DNA of 58,059 nt. Source: a virus. Lineage: Duplodnaviria; Caudoviricetes. The DNA lies in the IMG/VR virus record IMGVR_UViG_3300020591_000001, positions 1 through 58,059 of that record. One strand, given 5' to 3'. The stretch's first letter is position 1. The number at the start of each line of letters is the position of its first letter. This document shows positions 18,849-26,972 of the stretch, one piece after another. The position numbers were made by a program, and so were the translations under genes. The notes under the pieces are model-generated. The model saw only the letters and a list, made by a program, of their open reading frames with translations, searched no databases and had not been told where the DNA came from.

Positions 18849-19321
18849 GCGCCAAGGCCGAGGAAGAGGCTGTTGCAGGTGGCGAGATCACCATCCTGGA
18901 GCGCCTGGACGCGAACACGGAGATCGAGGACATCATCCTGAAGACGCCGTCGGCTGTGAGGTTTCGGAAACTCGGCAACGACCTGGGGCTCGTTGTCCAC
19001 GCCCAGGGGACGCGCTGTCGTCTCGGGCCGACCCGCTACCTCTCCAAGAGCAAGAACCACAACATCGGCGACGTGAAGGACGCGGCGTTCGAGTACCGGA
19101 TGATCTCGATCACCATCACCAACGGCTTCGACTTCGGCGCTCAGGCGACGTGGTACGAGCGCTTCCCCAAGTTCCGCGACGGCACCCCCAAGCCGCCTGT
19201 GTTCGAGTTCGACTCGGTGCTCATCGGCGGCAAGAAAAGCGGCCACCGCCCAGCCGCACGCATCACCCAGTCCACCAAGATGATCGAGGAGATCAACCGA
19301 TGCCTGGCCCCGACCGAATGA
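18845..19321 (+). CDS. Hypothetical protein
   Basis: ATGA overlap; 158 aa. Confidence 0.7.
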   Translation: MSAKAEEEAVAGGEITILERLDANTEIEDIILKTPSAVRFRKLGNDLGLVVHAQGTRCRLGPTRYLSKSKNHNIGDVKDAAFEYRMISITITNGFDFGAQATWYERFPKFRDGTPKPPVFEFDSVLIGGKKSGHRPAARITQSTKMIEEINRCLAPTE

Positions 19322-19779
19322 GCATCCCCGCCCTGGCGTCGCTGGACGGTCGTGGCTACATCACGGTGATGAAGAGCCGCCTGCGTGATGACGAGGCGTG
19401 GGACGAGCTGCTTGACCCGATCCTCGTGGAGCGCACCCGGTGGGGCCTCACCCGACTCATCGAGAGCATCGATGACCAGAAGGAGAGGGCCGTGCGCGAA
19501 CACGATGCCGATCCGTCGTGGCTGCGATCCGTGAACACGCTCCAGCGACTCGCCAAGGGCCGCCTGGAGGCGCTGGAGGCGCTGGAGGGCACCGGAAGCC
19601 CCGCGACGCTTGCCAGCAGCCGCGAGGCGCGCGCCTGGAGAGGCTTCGCGGCTCGCCTGGCGCGCATTCTCGCCGAGGCCGACCCAGAAGCCCTCCAGCG
19701 GCTCCGGACGCCCTACGGGGGACTCACGGCTGCGGAGTGGCTGTCTGCGCGCGAGGAGAAGCAGGAGGGGCTGCGATGA
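19318..19779 (+). CDS. Hypothetical protein
   Basis: ATGA overlap; begins MSIPALASLDGRG. Confidence 0.7.
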   Translation: MSIPALASLDGRGYITVMKSRLRDDEAWDELLDPILVERTRWGLTRLIESIDDQKERAVREHDADPSWLRSVNTLQRLAKGRLEALEALEGTGSPATLASSREARAWRGFAARLARILAEADPEALQRLRTPYGGLTAAEWLSAREEKQEGLR

Positions 19780-20342
19780 GCCAGTATCTCGGCCTCTCCA
19801 TCGACCCCGGCATGTCGAACGGGCTGTGCGAGTTCACCTGGGGCGACGACGAGCCCTTCAAGCCGGTTCGGCTGCTCCAGTTCTCCGGAGGAGCGCCCAT
19901 GCTGGCGAAGGTGCTCGACAAGCTCAACGTGCGCGTCACCGGCGACGACGACGAGATGGCGATGGGCTCTCGTACCCTGCACGCGCTCGTGGTCGAGAAG
20001 TTCACTCCCCGATCCGCCAGAGCTGGTACCGAGTTCTCTCTGACGCGCGCCAGTGCGGAGCCGCTACGCGGGGAGGGCGTGCTCATCGGTCGAGACCTGG
20101 AGCGCTTCATCCAGTGGGGCGAGCCCAGCCAGCAATACTTCATGGGGGGCGAGAGCCTGCCCGACAAGAAGAAGCGAGCCCGCGAGTTTCTGAAACTCCA
20201 CGGGCTCTATCTGACCGGCTCGATGGTCGGACAGCAAGACGCAGACGACGCGATCTCCGCGGAGCTGCACGCAATCGCCTGGCTCCGTCGGCAACGTCAC
20301 GCACCGACGATCGAGGCGCTATTCAAGAAGGGAACTCGATGA
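19776..20342 (+). CDS. RuvC-like Holliday junction resolvase
   Basis: LSIDPGMSNG, LVVEKF and DADDAISA..H give an RNase H-fold catalytic pattern. Confidence 0.75.
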   Translation: MSQYLGLSIDPGMSNGLCEFTWGDDEPFKPVRLLQFSGGAPMLAKVLDKLNVRVTGDDDEMAMGSRTLHALVVEKFTPRSARAGTEFSLTRASAEPLRGEGVLIGRDLERFIQWGEPSQQYFMGGESLPDKKKRAREFLKLHGLYLTGSMVGQQDADDAISAELHAIAWLRRQRHAPTIEALFKKGTR

Positions 20343-20692
20343 CTACCAAGACCGTTGACAGGGTGATCCGCGAACCGGCCACGTTCTGCGACATCTGCGG
20401 GGGTGAGATCGTGAAGACCGAAGAGGACAAGAAGGACCCCGAGTTCGCCTTCAGCCTCAGCTTCTCTCACCGTCGCCAGGAGAAGCCGATCTCCGAGACC
20501 AGGCTCGTCAAGTTCCGATGGCCCTCCAAGCGCCGCGCTCAGGAGATGCGCGACGAACGAGCGGCCAGAGGCGAGAGCGAATACGTCAAGACCAACTGGT
20601 ATGACTTCCACGGCGAGTGCCTGGCGAATCTCGTGGAAGCAGCGGTCGCGCTGCGCCTGAAGAGCGAAGCCGAGGCGGAGGAGGAATCGTGA
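20339..20692 (+). CDS. Hypothetical protein with CxxC...HxxC
   Basis: FCDICG...FHGEC; ATGA overlap. Confidence 0.7.
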   Translation: MTTKTVDRVIREPATFCDICGGEIVKTEEDKKDPEFAFSLSFSHRRQEKPISETRLVKFRWPSKRRAQEMRDERAARGESEYVKTNWYDFHGECLANLVEAAVALRLKSEAEAEEES

Positions 20693-21132
20693 CCACCCGC
20701 CACTGGACGATCTCGACGGAGTTGAGCGGCGTGCCCCGGCAGATCGACGTGTATCTCTACGACGATCCCGGAACCATGCGCCGAGCTGCGATGAGCTTCG
20801 GCAAGAGGATCGGCGAAGAGATCGAACGTGGTCACTTCAATGGCGCGCTCGCCGTCACCCACGGTTTCCGCCGCTACCACATCGACGCCGACGGCACCGA
20901 GACCGAACTACCCGATGTGGCAGTGCTGCGGCTCACGCGCGGCCACACGACCCCGGAGATCGTGAGTCATGAGGTCGGCCACCTGGCGCAGTGGCTCTAC
21001 CGGCTTGACGTACTGAACGAAGACCCGTTTCCGCTGGCGATTGAGCACTACAACGCCGACAACGAGCTGTTCTGCTACATGCTGGGCGGGCTCTTCGCGA
21101 CCGTGTGGGAGATGCTGGCCGAAGAGCGCTAG
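20689..21132 (+). CDS. HExxH-motif protein (possible metallopeptidase)
   Basis: IVSHEVGH...NE; GAGGAGG RBS with GTG start. Confidence 0.65.
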   Translation: MTTRHWTISTELSGVPRQIDVYLYDDPGTMRRAAMSFGKRIGEEIERGHFNGALAVTHGFRRYHIDADGTETELPDVAVLRLTRGHTTPEIVSHEVGHLAQWLYRLDVLNEDPFPLAIEHYNADNELFCYMLGGLFATVWEMLAEER

Positions 21133-21165
21133 GCTGAGCGCGACAGGGGAATCACGGGGGACAGG

Positions 21166-21200
21166 CGAGAGGCCCGGAGCATTGCGCTCCGGGCCTCTCG
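21166..21200. terminator. Hairpin between the convergent transcription units
   Basis: Perfect 15-bp stem CGAGAGGCCCGGAGC / GCTCCGGGCCTCTCG. Confidence 0.8.
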
Positions 21201-21221
21201 TGGTTTCTGGAAACCGAGCTG

Positions 21222-21776
21222 CTAGCTGGTCGCCTTCTTCGTGGTAGCACGCTTGGTCGTGGTCGTCTTGGCGACCGGAACCTCGGCGAGCCTCTTCTCC
21301 ACGACCGCCGTCGCCACGTTCTCGGCGACGCGAGACGCGACAGCCTCGGTGCTGGCGTTGCGAGCGGCGATCGTGTCACGGTACGCCTCGGCGGCGGCCT
21401 GCGCCGCCTCGCGCTCCCGCTGCGGATCGGCAGGGATGAGACTCACGCCAGCGGTCTGCGCCTTCTCAGCCTGGCCGGTGGGCTTGATGATGCCCTGGTA
21501 GACGCCCTGCGCCAGGAAGAACGTCAGCGCGGCGTTCACGACCACGTTGATGAAGGCCGTCCAGTCGAGCGTTGCCCATGCCTGGGCGATCGCCACGTCC
21601 AGCAGCCAGGTGAGGGCCGCACCGATGACGTTGAGCACGCCGAGCAGGATCACCTTGTAGGCGGCCTTGGCGAGGCGGTCCGACACGAGGCCGGTGAGAA
21701 GCGGGAGGAGGTACGCCAGCGCGAGCTGGATGATCGCGACCCAGGGGTTGTTGAAGTCGAAGACGGGGATGTCCAC
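21222..21776 (-). CDS. Holin-like membrane protein
   Basis: Three hydrophobic helices, basic tail, end of the lysis cassette, AGAAAGGA RBS. Confidence 0.7.
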   Translation of the reverse strand: MDIPVFDFNNPWVAIIQLALAYLLPLLTGLVSDRLAKAAYKVILLGVLNVIGAALTWLLDVAIAQAWATLDWTAFINVVVNAALTFFLAQGVYQGIIKPTGQAEKAQTAGVSLIPADPQREREAAQAAAEAYRDTIAARNASTEAVASRVAENVATAVVEKRLAEVPVAKTTTTKRATTKKATS

Positions 21777-21806
21777 GATGGTTCCTTTCTGTGTGTTGGG
21801 ATACTG

Positions 21807-22253
21807 CTAGCCCGCACGCGCGGGCCGAGCCCGACGACGCGGAGGGCGAGGCTTGGTCATCTCGAACTCGTGCTGCTCGTCGGGGGTCAGGGTGATGTTA
21901 CTGCGCGCCACGACGCGCTTGAAGAGGTCACGGGTCTGCACGAGCATCGCGCGAAGCTCTTCGACATCGCTAGTCAGCTCGGCGCGCTGATCGCGGGACT
22001 CCTTCAGCTCGGTACGAACCTCGCCCAGTTCGGCAATAGCTCGCGCGGTGATCTCGCGCTGCTCGCGCAGCAGGTCGTTGAACGCCTGGCGCTGCGCCTC
22101 GAACTGATCGACCTGGAGGCCGCCCTCTTCGACAACGAGCTTGCGGTTGGCGTCCTTGCGCTGGAGAAAGCCCCAGATGAGGCCGGTGGGCCCGGCAATG
22201 AAGGCCAGAATCAGCATGATGTCGCTGACCCAGCTCGGGAGGAAGCTGAGCAT
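21807..22253 (-). CDS. Membrane protein with coiled coil (lysis cassette)
   Basis: One N-terminal TM helix followed by a coiled coil. Confidence 0.7.
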   Translation of the reverse strand: MLSFLPSWVSDIMLILAFIAGPTGLIWGFLQRKDANRKLVVEEGGLQVDQFEAQRQAFNDLLREQREITARAIAELGEVRTELKESRDQRAELTSDVEELRAMLVQTRDLFKRVVARSNITLTPDEQHEFEMTKPRPPRRRARPARAG

Positions 22254-22792
22254 CAGGCGGTCTCGCCGTCCGAGTCAGACTGTGCTAGCGCCGCCTTACG
22301 TTGCTTGGCCTGCCGCAGCAGGAAGTACACAATGATGGCCGTCCGCGCGAGCGGCATGACGACCACGGACAGCAGGAGCATGATCCCGGCGAAGCCGCCG
22401 CCGCGGGTGATGATGTCGGCAATGAGGAGGTAGAAGTAGACCGCCATCAGGGCTACGAACCCCGCCCCGGAGAAGAGTTCCGTGCGCGCCATCTGAGGGA
22501 AGAACGTGGCCCCGATGCACGCGGGAGCCGCCAGCAGGAGAACGAAGGCGGCGAAGATGGTCGTCCACTGATCTCCCTGTTGGCGCACGAGACTCGGAAC
22601 GCCGTTGAAGATGACCATGATGGCCCAGGTCGAGTAGATGAGGTAGGTGGTGGCTGCGAGGCGGTGGAAGAGGGCCGCGAATACATCCGACATCGTGAAG
22701 TCGTCGGGCATCTTGCGGAAGACGGATGCGTTGTACACCCGCTTGGTCCAGCTCACCATGAACTTCATGCTACTCGCCGCCAACCGCATCAC
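22253..22792 (-). CDS. 4-TM membrane protein (lysis cassette)
   Basis: Four hydrophobic segments; start codon uncertain. Confidence 0.7.
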   Translation of the reverse strand: MMRLAASSMKFMVSWTKRVYNASVFRKMPDDFTMSDVFAALFHRLAATTYLIYSTWAIMVIFNGVPSLVRQQGDQWTTIFAAFVLLLAAPACIGATFFPQMARTELFSGAGFVALMAVYFYLLIADIITRGGGFAGIMLLLSVVVMPLARTAIIVYFLLRQAKQRKAALAQSDSDGETA

Positions 22793-22872
22793 GAAACCGC
22801 AGTTTCCGGAAACGCAGCAGCCCCGGAGACACGCCTCCGAGGCTGCTGCGTGTGTGAGTGACGCGGCTCAGT

Positions 22873-24498
22873 CTAGCTGGGCCAGCCGAAGATTGCCGCC
22901 AGCGCCGCAGCGATGATCGCGATGACGCCTCCCGCGATGATGCCAGGCCACGGCACCTTCGGCTTGTTCGGCTCGACCGGGTCGGTTGGCTCTTCCGGAT
23001 CGACCGGCGGGTCCACCGTGACCTCCTCGTAGCGCGCGACGAGGAGGATGTCCGAGTCGATCGGCGTAGCGAAGTCGAAGGGCTGATCTTCGCCCTCGCG
23101 GAACCACCCCACGAACTCCTCGCCGACGCCAGGCACCGGCGCGCCAGGGCTCGGGGCCTTGTCGCCCTCCTTCACGCGAACGGAGAGGACTGCGCCGTGG
23201 CCGTCATCGAAGGTGACGGTGTGCCGCACGATCTCTCGCCACTGCGCCACCAGCTCGATGTCGGACTTGACCTTCGTGGCGAAGTCGAAGGGCGCGTCCT
23301 GACCGCTGGCGAACCAGCCCGTGAACTCGTGGTCGTCGTCCCACATCGGGTCGGCGGGCTTGGCGACGGTGGCCCCGTCTGCGACTTCCACAGCGCTCAG
23401 CAGCTCGCTCGTGTTGTTGGGGTCGAACGTCACCAGCCACTCGTTCGTGAGCACCTTCAGCGTGTCTGCCATCACCCAGCCACCGGCCTTGCCCGGCGTC
23501 TTGGAGATGTTGACGGCCTGGCCGTAGACCTTGTAGACGGTGTAGGAGCCCGGCTGATAGGTCGCGGTGGAGCCCTCCGCCTTCTTGGCCTTCGCGCTGG
23601 AGGGGTAGACCGGGATCGCACTGGTGAGCGCAACGGTCGAGCCCTCGGTGACGACGGTCGGGGCGGGCGGCGTCTGGCCGGGAGCGGTGCCAGCCGCGAC
23701 GAGGTCGCGGATGATCTGCTCGACCCGGCGAGTTGTCGGGCCGACGATCCCATCGATGGAGTTCGCCGTCGTGTAGATGTCCGGGCGGAACTTGCGGCCC
23801 CACATCTGCACGAGATGGTAGTAGCGGCTGTAGGTCTCACCCGGATCGATCGGGATGCCGTCCTGCGCGGCTGCCGTGGTGAAGTCGGCCAGGCCGAACT
23901 CCGGCGGCAGGTGCAGCGTGTTCAGGTACGTGCCGACCGCGCGAACCGCAGCCTTCTCGCGCTCGACCGCAGCCGGGTCGAGCAGGGATTTCGCCATCGC
24001 GAGGATGCGGTCGATGTCCATGCCACCAGGGCAGGCCGTGGCATAGGACGCTCCCCAGCGGATGTACAGCTCCCGGTGTCCGACGTGGTGGTCACGGTCG
24101 AGCGGGATGCCGTAGCGCTGGTAGAAGTCCACCGCGAGTCGCGCCGCGATGTTGTAGAACGCCTCGGACTGGAGCCAGGTCGGCGCTCCCGTGGAGTTGA
24201 CGCACTCCAGCGTGTTGCTGCGCCGGTCGAACGCCGCGCCCTTGCCGCCGTCGGTGGTGGAGCCGGAGGTCCAGGCGCGATAGTCCTCGTCCACGACGCA
24301 CCACACGTAGCCGTCGGACCCGATGACGTAGTTGGCCGAGACCTCACGGGTCTTGTTGACCATCATCGCTACGACGCCCTCACCACGACCTGAGACGGAG
24401 GCGGTGTGGTGCCAGAGCACCATATCCCGCTTCACGCCGTTGCGCGAGCTGTACTGAGGCGAGAGCCTGATCTGGTTGGTGAGCGGGGAGTGAGTCAT
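22873..24498 (-). CDS. Endolysin: N-acetylmuramoyl-L-alanine amidase, two InlB-B/Flg_new-like repeats and C-terminal TM helix
   Basis: WHHTA, SANYVIG, AWTSG, GHRE, TACPG (Amidase_2); two VTFD...P.....F.GWF....FDF.T....DI.L.A.(W/Y) repeats; terminal hydrophobic helix. Confidence 0.85.
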   Translation of the reverse strand: MTHSPLTNQIRLSPQYSSRNGVKRDMVLWHHTASVSGRGEGVVAMMVNKTREVSANYVIGSDGYVWCVVDEDYRAWTSGSTTDGGKGAAFDRRSNTLECVNSTGAPTWLQSEAFYNIAARLAVDFYQRYGIPLDRDHHVGHRELYIRWGASYATACPGGMDIDRILAMAKSLLDPAAVEREKAAVRAVGTYLNTLHLPPEFGLADFTTAAAQDGIPIDPGETYSRYYHLVQMWGRKFRPDIYTTANSIDGIVGPTTRRVEQIIRDLVAAGTAPGQTPPAPTVVTEGSTVALTSAIPVYPSSAKAKKAEGSTATYQPGSYTVYKVYGQAVNISKTPGKAGGWVMADTLKVLTNEWLVTFDPNNTSELLSAVEVADGATVAKPADPMWDDDHEFTGWFASGQDAPFDFATKVKSDIELVAQWREIVRHTVTFDDGHGAVLSVRVKEGDKAPSPGAPVPGVGEEFVGWFREGEDQPFDFATPIDSDILLVARYEEVTVDPPVDPEEPTDPVEPNKPKVPWPGIIAGGVIAIIAAALAAIFGWPS

Positions 24499-24656
24499 TC
24501 GCCGCGACCCCCCTCGTGCTCCCCGTTGTACGGGTCGTTGGGGTCGCGCATCTTCTCGATGAGCGCCTGGACCTCGGCTGCGCGTTCGGCCTGGCCGGGC
24601 TCGCCGACGCGCCCCGTAGTGTGGTCGGGCTCGGCGAGCGGATCGAAGTTGGACAT
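24495..24656 (-). CDS. Small hypothetical protein (53 aa, not in the ORF track)
   Basis: AGAAAGGA RBS; MSNFDPLAEPDH...; ATGA overlap with the endolysin. Confidence 0.65.
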   Translation of the reverse strand: MSNFDPLAEPDHTTGRVGEPGQAERAAEVQALIEKMRDPNDPYNGEHEGGRGE

Positions 24657-24727
24657 GGGGTTCCTTTCTGGATGCCGCCTCGGGGGCGCAGCGTCAGTCT
24701 ACGCCGAGGTTTTCAGAAACCAGAGCG

Positions 24728-24928
24728 CTAGCTGGCCCCTTCGGCTCCATGAAGTTCGACGTAGAGGTCGGTCAGAAAGGCGGTTAGCGCCGGAAGGTCC
24801 TCGACCGAGAGGCTGGCCGGGTCGAAGCCAAGCCAGAGAGAGTCGCCCGTGAGGGTTGCCGAAAATCCGGACTCGGTATCGGTGAACGTCGTCACCGTGG
24901 GTGGCGTCGTAGTGCTTGTCTCGATCAT
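24728..24928 (-). CDS. Small hypothetical protein
   Basis: ATGA overlap with the tail gene; 66 aa. Confidence 0.65.
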   Translation of the reverse strand: MIETSTTTPPTVTTFTDTESGFSATLTGDSLWLGFDPASLSVEDLPALTAFLTDLYVELHGAEGAS

Positions 24929-26970
24929 GTGTCGCCTGTCTTCTTAGGGTAAACCGCGATGTTCAGCTTCGGCTTGTGCATTGCAACAACATTGGTGGCG
25001 TTGGCCTGCGCGCGGAGCTTGAATGTGATCGAGCTTCCGGCTGCAATGTCGTAGTGGACTTGGGCCCACCCCGGCCAGCGAGTGTTATTCACGCCGTCCG
25101 CGCCTATCGCGTAGATTGAGTCGATGATCGTGTCGTCGCTCAGGCAGAGGTACAGCTCGCCCTGGTAGCCCTGGTTGCACTGGATGATCGCTCCCCAGTC
25201 GATCACGGCGATGCGATCAATTGCGGCATAGGGAATCGTAATACTCATGTTCGCGTAGTCGGTTATCCTGGAGGGAACAGGCGACCAGGAGGCACCACTC
25301 ACGGAGCGGAATCGGGGGAGCGTTGCCGCGAGACCCGCCGGAGTCACGGCCCTCTCCGGGTCAGTACCCGCTGCCGTTTCGGCGCTGGTGGCAAGCTCAA
25401 CGATGCCGCGGGCGGTCGTGGATGCCACATCGCCCACATCGACAACGGCATTGCCATCCAGAGTGATGTCGCCACCCTCCACGGCGATGCCGTCCTTGAC
25501 CTGAAGACGCGCGCCGGTGCCGGTGTGGTACTGGCCCAGGCCGATCCCGATGTCCTCGTTCCAGTCCATGAAGACGGACTCGGAGGGGACGTTGATCGTG
25601 AGCGTCTTGATCGTTTTGCCGGTGTCGAAGCTGTTCTTGCCGAACAGGTCACGGATTGAGACCTCGACCTCGTACTCGTTGGAAGCCGCGTAGCCGCCGA
25701 TCACCTTCGGCGTCGTCCAGGTGTTTCCGGAAACCGTCGCAGCGGTCCAGTCCTGCACCGTCGTCCACGAGCCCGCACCCTTCAGGCGGGTGCGGATGCG
25801 CCACTCCAGCAAGTTCTTCTCACCGTCGCCGAAGTTCAGGCTCGACACGCTCGCCGCGGGCGTGATGCGCAGGTAGGTGCCCGTGGGGCTCGGCGTCGCG
25901 CCGCCAGCGTCAGACGTGCGCGTCACAACAGGCGTCGGCAGGTTCGGGTAGTTGTACGCCTTGACCGCGACGGTGTCGTAGAACGGGTCAGAGTTGCGCA
26001 GGCGAGAGTCAGTGGCGATCGCGGCGTAGGGCACCGCGCCCGAGGAGTTGATCGGGTTTGCGAACGCCACGCCACTGTTGGTGGTCTGGCCCGCCTGAGT
26101 GACCGTCGCGCCCGTGACGCTTGAACCGCCCGCCCCCGAGGACGTGACGGTGGGCTTCAGCTTGCTCCAGCGCTGCACGAAGCGCCCCGCGCCACCCATG
26201 AGGGTCGGGATGTCGGGGCCGGAGGTCTGCGCGTCTTCCCAGGCCACCGACGACACGGTCGGCTTGACGCTGGAGGGCACCGTGAGCGGCAGGTTGACCG
26301 TCTTGGTGCCGATGATTGTGCCGCCCGCGGAGGCGCGCGTGATGAGCCGAATGATGGCCGTAGCGGACGTGGAGTTCGGCAGGAGGGTGTGCGCCGGAGT
26401 CCAGTCGGTTGACACGTCGGTGCCGACGATGCCCGTCTGGATGTTGGTGTAGGTGCTGCCTCCGTCAAGGCTGTACGCAACATCGTGGTAGAAGCTGCTC
26501 GACGCGGGCGCGTGGCCGATGGTGAAGGTCTCGCCGGTCTGGCCGCTAGTGGGGGAGACCGTGGGCTGCGTGGCGCGCGCGATGGTCGGCAGGGCCCAGG
26601 TTGTGCTGAAGCTGGCGTCTCCAAGAGGACTTCCGCCCGAGTAGGCGGCACCGACCGAGATCGTCTTAGTGCCGTCGGCATTGTGGGCAATGACCGTGGT
26701 TCCCGAGGCGACGCTCACTGTGGCGTTCGTGCTGCGGAAGTCATACGACAGTCCGCCCGCGCTGTAGACGAGGCCGCCAACCGTAGCGTTTGCCGACGCC
26801 ACGTTGTTGAGGTTGTACGGACTCGCGTTGACGCGCTCCTCCATGCGGAGGTGCCAGTTGAGCGTGCTCGTGTTGTTCGGGATGCTCTGGCTGACGAGGT
26901 CAACCTGGAGCACCAGCCAGATGCGCGCGCTGGTGCCCGGAGTGCTGAACTCACTTTCCCACGTCGCCAC
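24925..26970 (-). CDS. Minor tail protein / probable receptor-binding protein
   Basis: QSIPNNTS...HNADGTKTI...LPTIARAT siphovirus tail domain; GIVELAT fibre repeat; divergent C-terminus. Confidence 0.8.
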   Translation of the reverse strand: MATWESEFSTPGTSARIWLVLQVDLVSQSIPNNTSTLNWHLRMEERVNASPYNLNNVASANATVGGLVYSAGGLSYDFRSTNATVSVASGTTVIAHNADGTKTISVGAAYSGGSPLGDASFSTTWALPTIARATQPTVSPTSGQTGETFTIGHAPASSSFYHDVAYSLDGGSTYTNIQTGIVGTDVSTDWTPAHTLLPNSTSATAIIRLITRASAGGTIIGTKTVNLPLTVPSSVKPTVSSVAWEDAQTSGPDIPTLMGGAGRFVQRWSKLKPTVTSSGAGGSSVTGATVTQAGQTTNSGVAFANPINSSGAVPYAAIATDSRLRNSDPFYDTVAVKAYNYPNLPTPVVTRTSDAGGATPSPTGTYLRITPAASVSSLNFGDGEKNLLEWRIRTRLKGAGSWTTVQDWTAATVSGNTWTTPKVIGGYAASNEYEVEVSIRDLFGKNSFDTGKTIKTLTINVPSESVFMDWNEDIGIGLGQYHTGTGARLQVKDGIAVEGGDITLDGNAVVDVGDVASTTARGIVELATSAETAAGTDPERAVTPAGLAATLPRFRSVSGASWSPVPSRITDYANMSITIPYAAIDRIAVIDWGAIIQCNQGYQGELYLCLSDDTIIDSIYAIGADGVNNTRWPGWAQVHYDIAAGSSITFKLRAQANATNVVAMHKPKLNIAVYPKKTGDT

Positions 26971-26972
26971 GC

